From assembly GCA_964392145.1 (NCBI GenBank), contig CAYMPK010000001.1, positions 1,089 through 50,656 on the forward strand: 49,568 bases of DNA, written 5' to 3'. How positions within the stretch are numbered: the stretch's first letter is position 1; each line of letters starts with the position of its first letter. The translations under genes and the position numbers were made by a program. This DNA is from an uncultured Actinomycetes bacterium (lineage in GTDB: Bacteria; Actinomycetota; Actinomycetes; S36-B12; UBA10799). Below are positions 17,758 through 26,378 of this stretch, one piece after another. Below the pieces are notes generated by a model. The model was not told where the DNA came from. It saw nothing but the letters and a program-made list of their open reading frames with translations, and did not search any database.

Positions 17758-18050
17758 GAGCCATCCTCGTCGGGCAGGATCTCGACACCTCGCCAGAACG
17801 CGACATAGTCCTTGATCTGCGAGGCGGCCTCCTTGGGCTCCGGGTAGAACCACGCCGCGTCAGAGTTGTCGCTCCCACCGGCGCTGATCCCGTAGTAGCT
17901 GGCGGTGCCTTTCCACGGGCACACCGTGTTCAGTGCCGATGGGGTGAGGTACTCCCTGTTCACCGACTCCGGAGGGAAGTAGTGATTTCCCTCAACCACG
18001 ATTGTGTCGTCCGAGGCTGCGATGACTGTGTCGTTCCAGATTGCGCGCAT
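17754..18050 (-). CDS. DUF427 domain-containing protein
   Basis: MRAIWNDTVIAASDDTIVVEGNHYFPPESV...CPWKGTASYY is the classic DUF427 signature. ATG 18050. Confidence 0.85.
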   Translation of the reverse strand: MRAIWNDTVIAASDDTIVVEGNHYFPPESVNREYLTPSALNTVCPWKGTASYYGISAGGSDNSDAAWFYPEPKEAASQIKDYVAFWRGVEILPDEDGS

Positions 18051-18165
18051 GCCGACCATCGTCACCCGTCGGGCCACCGGTCGCAACGCGAATCAGGCCA
18101 CTACCCTCCCGTTGTCAGCATCGTCGCAATCGGTAGCCACGCGGACACCCTGGGCATATCCTCAG

Positions 18166-18187
18166 GTGACCTGCCTGTGACCGCACG
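18166..18187 (-). promoter_or_regulatory. Two 11-nt-phased GGTCAC direct repeats (PHO-box-like) bracketed by a CCTCAG/CTGAGG inverted repeat
   Basis: Plus strand reads GTGACCtgcct GTGACCgcacg (18166 and 18177). The flanks 18160-18165 and 18188-18193 are complementary. The site lies in the divergent intergenic region between DUF427 and the GGDEF-EAL gene. Confidence 0.3.
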
Positions 18188-18228
18188 CTGAGGCTCCACC
18201 GACGGCATCGGTCGAGTGCGACAAGGGG

Positions 18229-20850
18229 GTGACGAGGATGCCCACAGGTCGGCCGGTTACCGCTACCGCCTCGCTACGCCCTGGCAAGGTCATCGAGCGT
18301 GTGATGGCCAGGCCCTGGTCCTTCGCGATCGTGGGTGCCTTGGCGTTCCTGTTGGCCGTTGAGTTGGGCTGGCTGCTGGGGCCACACGGCAGCGACATCG
18401 CTGTCTTCTGGCCGGCGGCCGGCGTCGGCGTTGGCGCGATGGCCCTCGCATTGACGCGGGGTCCGTGGCATGCCCGGCTGTTCGCTGCCGGCATCGCCAT
18501 TGTCGTGATCGGCGACAGTCTCGCGCGAGGGAGTAGCGCCGGCGCGGCCGCCGTCTTCGCAGTGGCCAACAGCGTGGAGGCCCTGATCGGCGGCTGGCTG
18601 TTCCTGCGCTTACGTGACCAATGGCGGAGGCCGGTCAGTCTTGCGCCCGCCCTTGCCGTGGCCGGCGTCGTTGCGGCGTTGGCCAGCACGATGATCGTCG
18701 CCGTCGTCCTGGTGCGCCAGGGCGAACCTCGGCCCCTGGTAGCCGGGTTGGAGTGGTTCACCTCGGACGTCGCGGGGGTGCTAGCTGTTGCCCCGTTGTT
18801 ACTGGCCCGCCGCTCCCGGCTAGGAGACAGTCGGGTCTCCCGCCGAGAGGTCACGCTGCTTGTCGCCGCGTCCCTGGTGTTCACGGCACTCGCCTACCTG
18901 GCCACCAACTCCCTACCACTCGCCTGGCTCTCGATGCCGATCATCCTGTGGGCGGCGCTGCGCCTCAACCAGCGTTGGGTGGCGGTCATCGTCGCCGTGC
19001 AGGCCTTCGCGATCTCATGGTCGGTGGCCATGGGCCTCGGTGCCTTCGAGGAGGTCGCCACGAAGCCCGTGGGGCCTGCTCTCGCCCAAGCTCTGGTTGC
19101 TGTGCTCGCCTTCACCGCGCTTGTGTTGAGCGGGTCGAGTATCGAACGTCGGACCGCGCAGGCAATGGTGGAGCAAGAGCGGCAACTGCTGTCCAGCGTT
19201 GTCGAGGATGCCGTCGCGGGAATCCTGCTTGTCTCGTTGGAGCCCGCAGACAGTGGGACAGTGCTCAGTGCAAACCCGGCCGCCTGTGCCCTTCTCGAGG
19301 CCGATCCGGTCGGCCGCAGTTGGGCGTCGTTGGTGACGCCAGATGACAAATCAGTGGTGTCGCAGGTGTTGGCCGACCTGCGCACCGATTCAGCCCACCG
19401 TTGGCGTGGTGAGATCAAGCATCTGCGTGAGGGTAGACCGGCCGCGACTCTGGTGACGGCATCCATCTCGGAGACGGAACGATTCGACACGGTGGCCAAT
19501 ATCCAGCTCGTGGACATCCAGGACCTCAAGGACGCCGAGGATAAACTACGCGTGCAGGCGCTCCGGGACAGCCTGACCGGACTACCAAATCGGCTGTTCC
19601 TCGACGACGCTCTGGATCGGGCCCTGAAGGCGCAGATCCGCAATAACGACCGCGTCGCCCTGATCTTCTGCGATCTGGACGATTTCAAGGAGATCAACGA
19701 TCGCTACGGCCACCCGGCCGGAGACCAGGTACTCACCGAGGTCGCGCATCGCCTGCAGTCGTCCATCCGACCGCTGGACCTGGTGGCTCGGCAAGGCGGC
19801 GACGAGTACGTCGTCCTCTGTGCCGGCATCAACAGCGCCGAGCAGGCCCTCGACCTTGCCCATCGGCTGCTCGAGTCGGTCCGACGCCCGATCTCGGTCG
19901 AGGGACACGACGTACGTCCGGCAATGAGTATGGGACTCGCGCTGTCCGACTGGAACACCTCCCAGGCAGATCTCATGCGCTGGGCGGATTCGGCGATGTA
20001 CGAAGCGAAGCGACAGGGGAAGAACCGGATCGCCCTCTTCACCGGCGAACATGGCAGTGAGGATGCCCGGCGCCACGCGCTCGCCGCGGAACTCGGCGAG
20101 GCGCTCCTCGCCGGTCAGCTGGAGCCCCACTTCCAACCGATTGTCCGCTCACCGGATGGGCGAATCGTCGCCGTGGAGGCTCTGGTGCGCTGGAACCATC
20201 CTGTGCGGGGACTGTTGCCGGCCGCAGACTTCATCTGGGCAGCCGAGGAGACCTCATTGATCGGTGACATAGACGACTTCATGATCACGGCGTCGCTGGC
20301 CTGCGCGGCCCGATGGCCCCGTGACGATCACGGCGAGCGGCCCCGGGTGCATCTCAACGTCGCTGCCCGTGAACTCGGCGGTCCCCGGCGCCTCGCGCAG
20401 CGGCTACTGGCAGCCGCCCGGACCCACGACATCCCGCCACATGGGATCGTGGTGGAGTTGACCGAGACATCCATCGTCTCGGCCAGGGAGGAGGCCCTGC
20501 AGGAACTCGCCGAGCTGCGCGATGCCGGGGTGCTTTTGGCAGCCGACGACTTCGGCACCGGCTACTCCACGCTGATCCAGTTCGTCGCGGTGCCCATCGA
20601 CATCCTCAAGATCGATCGCAATTTCGTCTTGAGCATGCTGGGAAACACCCGCTCCTTGGCTGTCGTCGACTTCATCGTCAAACTGGGCAGCAGCCTCGGT
20701 CTCAACGTCATCGCCGAGGGTGTCGAGTCCGAGGAGGAATTGAGCGCCCTCCAGCAACTGGGGGTGGATCGGCTACAGGGCTACTACTTCGACCGGCCGA
20801 TGTCGGATGCCCGGCTGCGTGCTCGGCTGGGCGCCCAACTTGCCGCCTGA
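18229..20850 (+). CDS. MASE1-PAS-GGDEF-EAL membrane signalling protein (c-di-GMP turnover)
   Basis: N-terminal multi-TM MASE1-like region (IAVFWPAAGVGVGAMAL, ANSVEALIGGW), then PAS. GGDEF domain with RPLD-x5-GGDEY. EAL domain with EALVRW, DDFGTGYS, KIDRNF, EGVE and QGYYF. An alternative ATG lies at 18238. Confidence 0.85.
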   Translation: MTRMPTGRPVTATASLRPGKVIERVMARPWSFAIVGALAFLLAVELGWLLGPHGSDIAVFWPAAGVGVGAMALALTRGPWHARLFAAGIAIVVIGDSLARGSSAGAAAVFAVANSVEALIGGWLFLRLRDQWRRPVSLAPALAVAGVVAALASTMIVAVVLVRQGEPRPLVAGLEWFTSDVAGVLAVAPLLLARRSRLGDSRVSRREVTLLVAASLVFTALAYLATNSLPLAWLSMPIILWAALRLNQRWVAVIVAVQAFAISWSVAMGLGAFEEVATKPVGPALAQALVAVLAFTALVLSGSSIERRTAQAMVEQERQLLSSVVEDAVAGILLVSLEPADSGTVLSANPAACALLEADPVGRSWASLVTPDDKSVVSQVLADLRTDSAHRWRGEIKHLREGRPAATLVTASISETERFDTVANIQLVDIQDLKDAEDKLRVQALRDSLTGLPNRLFLDDALDRALKAQIRNNDRVALIFCDLDDFKEINDRYGHPAGDQVLTEVAHRLQSSIRPLDLVARQGGDEYVVLCAGINSAEQALDLAHRLLESVRRPISVEGHDVRPAMSMGLALSDWNTSQADLMRWADSAMYEAKRQGKNRIALFTGEHGSEDARRHALAAELGEALLAGQLEPHFQPIVRSPDGRIVAVEALVRWNHPVRGLLPAADFIWAAEETSLIGDIDDFMITASLACAARWPRDDHGERPRVHLNVAARELGGPRRLAQRLLAAARTHDIPPHGIVVELTETSIVSAREEALQELAELRDAGVLLAADDFGTGYSTLIQFVAVPIDILKIDRNFVLSMLGNTRSLAVVDFIVKLGSSLGLNVIAEGVESEEELSALQQLGVDRLQGYYFDRPMSDARLRARLGAQLAA

Positions 20851-20902
20851 TACGTGCCGCCGCGCACCCGACGGGCACGAAGTCGGAGGGAAAGACACCT
20901 CG

Positions 20903-21250
20903 ATGATCGAGATTGATCGCCAACAGTTCGCAGAGATGGTGGCCGACGCGGTGGCCGCCGTGCCGCCACACCTCGCCGATCAGGTGAGGAACGTCGCCTT
21001 CCTCCTCGCCGATCAGAACGAGTCCGAACCCCAACTGCTCGGCCTGTACGAAGGTGTGCCTCTGACCGAGCGTGGGGACCACTATGCCGGCGCGATGCCC
21101 GACAGGATCACGATCTATCGGCTGCCGATTCTCAGGATGTGTTCCACAGCGATCGAGGTGGCCACCGAGGTGCGGGTGACCGTGTTCCACGAGATTGCCC
21201 ACTACTTCGGCATCGACGATCACGACCTGGGCGAGTGGGGTTGGGGCTGA
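20903..21250 (+). CDS. Metallopeptidase family protein (Zincin_1/DUF1025-like)
   Basis: 115 aa with VFHEIAHYFG (HExxH). ATG 20903 has GGAGGG upstream. Confidence 0.8.
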   Translation: MIEIDRQQFAEMVADAVAAVPPHLADQVRNVAFLLADQNESEPQLLGLYEGVPLTERGDHYAGAMPDRITIYRLPILRMCSTAIEVATEVRVTVFHEIAHYFGIDDHDLGEWGWG

Positions 21251-21307
21251 AGTGGGAGAAGAGTGACTGAGACGCCCGCTGGTGCTCTGATTGCGCGATA
21301 ATGGGGC

Positions 21308-22588
21308 ATGGCCTCGATCCAGTCCTTCGCCTCCGAGCTCGTCGCCGCCACCGGGACAAGCCCCAACGACGCCGGGTTCGATGGCTTTCAGAGGCTCATC
21401 CGCCAGTTCGAGAACCTGTCTCTGATCAGTGTCTGGTGGCTGGTCGGGTTCGGGGTGGCGACCGTGATCCTGATCGTGCTCTCGGTGATCGTCCGACCGA
21501 AGTGGTGGCTGTTCCTGTTCATCCCACTCACCTTGGCCTGCATCATCATGGGGGCCATCTTCGCGGTGAACTACCACTACACCCTGTACCGGACCTTGGG
21601 GGATGCACTCCAGGTCCCCAAGTACGATACGGCGACACCTGCGGCACTCGAGAACCCCGAGGCCGGCAAGTTTCCCCGTGGAGTTGTGGTCGAGGAATCC
21701 ATCGACGGTTCCGCGAGCGGGCTTGGAGCACTTCCGGCCCAGGTCTATCTGCCTCCCCAGTACTTCGACAATCCCAACGAGAAGTTCCCCGTGATCTACC
21801 TGTACCACGGCATTCCCGACGTGGCACCACCCGGAACGCCACCCTACGGGGGTCCTACGTCCTTGTTCCGATCGGCAATGTCCGACGACGCCGCCCTTGT
21901 CGCGGCTCAGCAGGGACATCCGGTTGTGCTGGTAGTGCCGGTGGTGTCGCCGCTGACGGCGGACACCGAATGCGTGGACGGCGTCGCGGGTAAGTGGCAG
22001 ACCTACCTCAGCGTCGACGTCCCAGCGTGGGTCGCCCGGCAGCCGCGCCTGCAGACCGGTCCGGCGAATACCGCAATGGGGGGCTACTCGATGGGCGGTT
22101 TCTGCGCCCAGGTGGGTGCACTCCGCAACCCGGACAAGGTGAGCGTCGTCGGAAACATGAGCGGGTACAACCAGCCCACCCCGCCGATGAGCGCCGGTCA
22201 GGCGTCCTTGTTCGGCAACGTGGCGAACCTCGAAGCCTTGGTCGCGACCTACAACAGCATCCACATCGTGAAGACGAGTCCGGCATCGCACTCGGTCGCC
22301 GTGTGGATGGATATCGGTTCAGCCGACGACCCCGCCCTGCTCACCGCCCAACAGCAGTTCGCGGATACGGCCAGGGCAGCCGGGATGAACGTTGTCACCA
22401 ACCAGGTATCCGGCGGGGTGCACGGCTTCGACACCTGGGCACAGGCCTTCAGCGACTGGATCCCGTGGGCGGCGGAGATCCTCCATCAGCCGGAGGGCTC
22501 GAGATCAACCTCGGCGAGCAGTGCGAACCCGCAGCCGAGCACCAGCACGAGGGCACCTACCGCAGCCCGCACCAAGGCGGTCAGTTAG
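21308..22588 (+). CDS. Membrane-anchored esterase family protein (alpha/beta hydrolase, putative esterase family)
   Basis: Two N-terminal TM helices. Then VYLPPQYFDNPNEKFPVIYLYHG and the GGYSMGG nucleophile elbow. Confidence 0.75.
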   Translation: MASIQSFASELVAATGTSPNDAGFDGFQRLIRQFENLSLISVWWLVGFGVATVILIVLSVIVRPKWWLFLFIPLTLACIIMGAIFAVNYHYTLYRTLGDALQVPKYDTATPAALENPEAGKFPRGVVVEESIDGSASGLGALPAQVYLPPQYFDNPNEKFPVIYLYHGIPDVAPPGTPPYGGPTSLFRSAMSDDAALVAAQQGHPVVLVVPVVSPLTADTECVDGVAGKWQTYLSVDVPAWVARQPRLQTGPANTAMGGYSMGGFCAQVGALRNPDKVSVVGNMSGYNQPTPPMSAGQASLFGNVANLEALVATYNSIHIVKTSPASHSVAVWMDIGSADDPALLTAQQQFADTARAAGMNVVTNQVSGGVHGFDTWAQAFSDWIPWAAEILHQPEGSRSTSASSANPQPSTSTRAPTAARTKAVS

Positions 22589-22674
22589 GCACGAGGGTCA
22601 GGTCGTCGCGAAACCTGGTCGTTGACTGACGTTCGGTCCCCGCCGACGAGGTCGCCCTGGACGGGCACGGCGAT

Positions 22675-22899
22675 TCAGCGATGCGGAGGTGCATCCTCAT
22701 CATCGTCGTCCGCGTACCTCGCGTACGGGTCCTCAGCCTCGTCACCATCGTCGTTGGCGACATCGGGAACCTCGTGCGGGTAGCCCGAAGACGAGCCTGA
22801 CAACTCCGCCCGCAGGGCGTCGAGATCAGTCTGCGGTGCGTTGTACTTCAACTGTCGGGCAACTTTGGTCTGCTTAGCCTTGGCACGGCCGCGCCCCAT
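22675..22899 (-). CDS. DUF3073 domain-containing protein
   Basis: MGRGRAKAKQTKVARQLKYNAP... with an acidic C-terminus. ATG 22899 is preceded by GAGGGGG. Confidence 0.85.
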   Translation of the reverse strand: MGRGRAKAKQTKVARQLKYNAPQTDLDALRAELSGSSSGYPHEVPDVANDDGDEAEDPYARYADDDDEDAPPHR

Positions 22900-23119
22900 G
22901 GCTCGACCCCCTCGTCCGGGATCTTCCCGGTTCGTCAGTGGATACCGGTACGGCCCGCAGGAGCGGGCCACTGCTTCCTAACTGGCAAGAGACTACCTGC
23001 TCCACCGTTCGCGCGTCACACGGGCGGGGCAGTATTTGCGCGGATTGGCTTGCATCAGGGTCAAAACAGGAGAAAACTCCCCATGTCGGGACATTCGTCC
23101 TCACCAGAGGAGGTTGCCT

Positions 23120-23353
23120 GTGGCTGTCGGAGCACCGGACACGTCCGTTGACGACGGCATCGAGCCCCTCCTGACTCCGGCAGAGGTTGCGAAGTTGTTC
23201 AGGGTCGACCCGAAGACGGTCACCCGCTGGGCGCAGTCGGGCAAATTGCAGTGTGTGCGGACTCTGGGTGGCCATCGCCGCTACCTGAGACGCGAGGTCG
23301 AAGCCTTGTTGGCGGTGGCGCGACCCGCGCCGCCGACCGCCGGTGGCGTCTGA
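23120..23353 (+). CDS. bldC: BldC-family MerR-like (excisionase-type HTH) transcriptional regulator
   Basis: LLTPAEVAKLFRVDPKTVTRWAQSGKLQCVRTLGGHRRY closely matches Streptomyces BldC as I remember it. GTG 23120 has AGAGGAGG 6 nt upstream. Confidence 0.8.
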   Translation: MAVGAPDTSVDDGIEPLLTPAEVAKLFRVDPKTVTRWAQSGKLQCVRTLGGHRRYLRREVEALLAVARPAPPTAGGV

Positions 23354-23368
23354 CGAGTTGCCGCGTGC

Positions 23369-24463
23369 TCAGGTGTAGTCGCCGACGAGGCTGACTGCCC
23401 CACCCGCGCCGCCTTTGGCGGCCGCATCGCCGTGTTCGTCGTCGGCCCGCGGCCGGACCGTTCCACACACCCAGGCCGGCAGACCTCTCTCCTCCAGGGT
23501 GGCGACCGCTTCCTCGGCAGCCTCCTTCGCGACCACGGCGACCATTCCGACGCCCATGTTGAAGGTCTGCTCGAGGTCCTCGCGCTCAACGTCGCCCAGT
23601 TCCCCGATGGTCGTGAAGACCGGAGCAAGGGTCCAGGTGCCGCGCTCGACATCCACCGCCACATCCTGCGGGAGCACCCGCGCGATATTCGCGGCTACTC
23701 CGCCGCCGGTGATGTGCGAAAGGGCGTGCAGGCGCTCGCCGAGGGTATCGCGGAGGACCAACATGTCACGGGCGTAGATCCGAGTCGGCACCAGCAACTC
23801 CTCCCCCAGAGTACGAGCGAAGTCGGGGACCGGACGCTCGAGCGACCAACCGGCCTGCTCGAAGAACACGTGCCTGGCAAGTGAATACCCGTTGGAGTGC
23901 AGCCCAGACGAGGCCATCGCGACCACGACGTCACCGGCGCGCACGCGATCGCTCGACAGCAGCTCGTCGGCCTCCACCACCCCGGTCCCGGCGCCGGCGA
24001 TGTCGTACTCGTCGGGACCGAGCAACCCGGGATGCTCGGCGGTCTCGCCTCCGAGAAGGGCACAACCGGCCATCTGGGCCCCCTTGGCGACTCCCGCCAC
24101 GATGGAAGCGATACGTTCCGGAACCACCTTCCCGCAGGCGATGTAGTCGGTCATGAAGAGCGGCTCGGCCCCGCAGACGACCAGGTCGTCGACCACCATC
24201 GCTACCAGGTCCTGTCCGATCGTGTCGTGCCGATCCATCGCCGCGGCGACGGCCACTTTTGTTCCGACCCCGTCGGTGGAGGTGGCGAGTAGAGGCCGTC
24301 GGTAGGTGGTCAGCGCCGACGCGTCGAACAGTCCGGCAAAGCCCCCACAGGCGCCCATGGCCTCAGGACGTTGGGCCCCGGCCACAGCTGCCCGCATCAG
24401 TTCGACGGCACGTTCACCGGCCTCGACGTCAACTCCTGCCTGGGCGTACTTCGAACCGCTCAT
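23369..24463 (-). CDS. purM: Phosphoribosylformylglycinamidine cyclo-ligase (AIR synthetase)
   Basis: MSGSKYAQAGVDVEAGERAV..., GGFAGLF, DGVGTK. The start overlaps the purF stop as ATGA (24460-24463). Confidence 0.95.
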   Translation of the reverse strand: MSGSKYAQAGVDVEAGERAVELMRAAVAGAQRPEAMGACGGFAGLFDASALTTYRRPLLATSTDGVGTKVAVAAAMDRHDTIGQDLVAMVVDDLVVCGAEPLFMTDYIACGKVVPERIASIVAGVAKGAQMAGCALLGGETAEHPGLLGPDEYDIAGAGTGVVEADELLSSDRVRAGDVVVAMASSGLHSNGYSLARHVFFEQAGWSLERPVPDFARTLGEELLVPTRIYARDMLVLRDTLGERLHALSHITGGGVAANIARVLPQDVAVDVERGTWTLAPVFTTIGELGDVEREDLEQTFNMGVGMVAVVAKEAAEEAVATLEERGLPAWVCGTVRPRADDEHGDAAAKGGAGGAVSLVGDYT

Positions 24464-26001
24464 GGATGGTCCAGAGCCCCCAGCCCCGCAACGGTAACGG
24501 CCAAGTCCTCGGACCCGGGCTCGCCGTTGAGATGCTCCTCCTCGAGCAGGTGCTTGCGACGGTCCTCCTCCTTCGGCAGCGCAACCGGATACACCCCGTC
24601 GAAGCAGGCGCGACACAGCTCGTTCTTGGAGGTCTCCGTTGCCGCGATCAAGCCCTCCAGCGAGATGTACCCGAGGGAGTCGGCGCCGATCGACTCGCGG
24701 ATGCCCTCCAGGTCGCGACCGTTGGCAACAAGTTCGGCCCTGGTGGCGAAGTCGATGCCGTAGAAGCACGGCCAGCTGACGGGCGGGGAGGAGATCCGCA
24801 CGTGGACCTCCAGCGCGCCGGCATCCTTGAGCATCCGGACGATCGCCCGTTGGGTGTTACCGCGGACGATCGAATCGTCCACCACCACGAGCCGCTTGCC
24901 CGCGATCACTTCCCTCAGCGGGTTGAGCTTCAACCGAATGCCGAGCTGCCGCAAAGTCTGGGAGGGGGAGATGAATGTCCTCCCCACGTAGGCGTTCTTG
25001 ACCAATCCCTGCGCGAACGGGATTCCTGACTCCTGGGCGTAGCCGACGGCACCCGGGGTTCCACTCTCCGGGACCGGAATCACCAGGTCGGCGTCGGCGG
25101 GATGCTCACGGGCCAATTCCCGACCCACCCGAACCCGCGCCGCGTGCACTCCATGGCCGTCCAGTGAGGAATCAGGCCGGGCCAGGTAGACGTACTCGAA
25201 CAGGCAATGCTTGGGCGTCGCGGGGGCGAACCGCTGCGACTTCGGGCCGTTCTCATCGATTGTCACGAGTTCGCCGGGCTCGACATCGCGTAGGAACCGA
25301 GCACCGACGATGTCCAACGCAGCCGTCTCGCTGGCCACGACCCAGCCGCGCTCCAACTCGCCTATCACCAGCGGGCGGATCCCCTGCGGGTCGCGGGCGG
25401 CGTACAGGGTCGTCTCGTCCATGAACACCAACGAGAAGGCGCCCTGCAACCTCGGGAACTCCCTGACGGCAGCTTCGGTGAGGGAGGTCCCCGGATGGGC
25501 GGCCAGCAACGCGGTGACAAGGTCGGTGTCGGTGGTGGCGACCTGCTGGCTGCCGAAAGGCAATTCCCCCGACTTGGCCGCCAGTCCACCAACGATCTCC
25601 GCCAGTTCGGCGGTGTTCGTCAGGTTCCCGTTGTGCCCGAGGGCTACATGGCCGGTTGCTGTGGCCCGGAAAGTCGGCTGGGCGTTTGCCCAGTTGCTGG
25701 CGCCGGTGGTCGAGTAGCGGGCATGACCGATGGCAATGTAACCAGGCAGCGAATCCAGTGCCGACTCATCGAACACCTGGGACACCAGGCCCATGTCCTT
25801 ATAGACAAGTATCCGCCGGCCATCGGAGACTGCGATGCCGGCGGATTCCTGACCTCGGTGCTGCAAGGCGTAGAGCCCGAAGTAGGTGAGTTTGGCTACT
25901 TCCTCGCCAGGGGCCCAGACCCCGAAAACGCCGCAGGCGTCCTGTGGCCCTTTCTCCCCGGGCAGGAGGTCGTGCGAGAGTCGTCCGTCGCCGCGCGCCA
26001 C
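24460..26001 (-). CDS. purF: Amidophosphoribosyltransferase
   Basis: Propeptide followed by CGVFGVWAPGEE...LQHRGQESAGIA (Ntn-type Cys), and a PRTase motif VVVDDSIVRGNT. Confidence 0.95.
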   Translation of the reverse strand: MARGDGRLSHDLLPGEKGPQDACGVFGVWAPGEEVAKLTYFGLYALQHRGQESAGIAVSDGRRILVYKDMGLVSQVFDESALDSLPGYIAIGHARYSTTGASNWANAQPTFRATATGHVALGHNGNLTNTAELAEIVGGLAAKSGELPFGSQQVATTDTDLVTALLAAHPGTSLTEAAVREFPRLQGAFSLVFMDETTLYAARDPQGIRPLVIGELERGWVVASETAALDIVGARFLRDVEPGELVTIDENGPKSQRFAPATPKHCLFEYVYLARPDSSLDGHGVHAARVRVGRELAREHPADADLVIPVPESGTPGAVGYAQESGIPFAQGLVKNAYVGRTFISPSQTLRQLGIRLKLNPLREVIAGKRLVVVDDSIVRGNTQRAIVRMLKDAGALEVHVRISSPPVSWPCFYGIDFATRAELVANGRDLEGIRESIGADSLGYISLEGLIAATETSKNELCRACFDGVYPVALPKEEDRRKHLLEEEHLNGEPGSEDLAVTVAGLGALDHP

Positions 26002-26012
26002 AGTTGTTGAGT

Positions 26013-26378
26013 CTACGCATCAGCGGGTGGGTATATCGGAAGCAGCCCTGACAGATCGCTGCGCTCACCGGAGGCGCGCACCGAACCGTCGGCCACCGCA
26101 GGTTCCCAGTCGAGGGCCCCGACAGCAAGCCTCAATAGTGTTGGAGGCGTCATCTGGACTACGGCCGGTGGCGTGCCGCGGCGATGCCGGGTACCGCCGA
26201 CAAGCTGGGCGGCTGCGTAGGGCGGCACCCGCAGTTCCACACTCGACCCGGGCGCTGCTGAGGTCAGTTCGGCTATCACGGCTTTGACCGCCGCCCTTTC
26301 CTGTTCTCGGTCAACGGGGCCTCCGTCGGCATAGGCCTGCAGACACGCGACCACGTCTCCCGGAGCGGTAGACGTCAC
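26013..26378 (-). CDS. Small conserved protein, tentatively sterol-carrier (SCP-like) family
   Basis: 121 aa from GTG 26378, which overlaps the upstream stop as GTGA. Its position directly upstream of purF matches a conserved actinobacterial arrangement as I recall it. The family call is from memory only. Confidence 0.5.
   Translation of the reverse strand: MTSTAPGDVVACLQAYADGGPVDREQERAAVKAVIAELTSAAPGSSVELRVPPYAAAQLVGGTRHRRGTPPAVVQMTPPTLLRLAVGALDWEPAVADGSVRASGERSDLSGLLPIYPPADA

Noticed and set aside
20708-22291. 527-aa minus-strand ORF
   Set aside because: It is antisense to the metallopeptidase and esterase genes, which carry clear motifs. Its translation is Arg/Gly/His/Pro-rich with no recognisable domain. 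This is a typical shadow ORF of a high-GC genome.
22589-22674. Terminator between the convergent esterase and DUF3073 genes
   Set aside because: I found only 4-5-bp complementary runs and no convincing stem.
24464-24769. 5' extension of purM (track 23369..24769), plus similar extensions of ORFs 26013..26675, 16384..17853 and 13089..13523
   Set aside because: These extensions overlap the 3' ends of upstream genes. The internal starts give canonical N-termini together with ATGA/GTGA coupling or strong RBSs.
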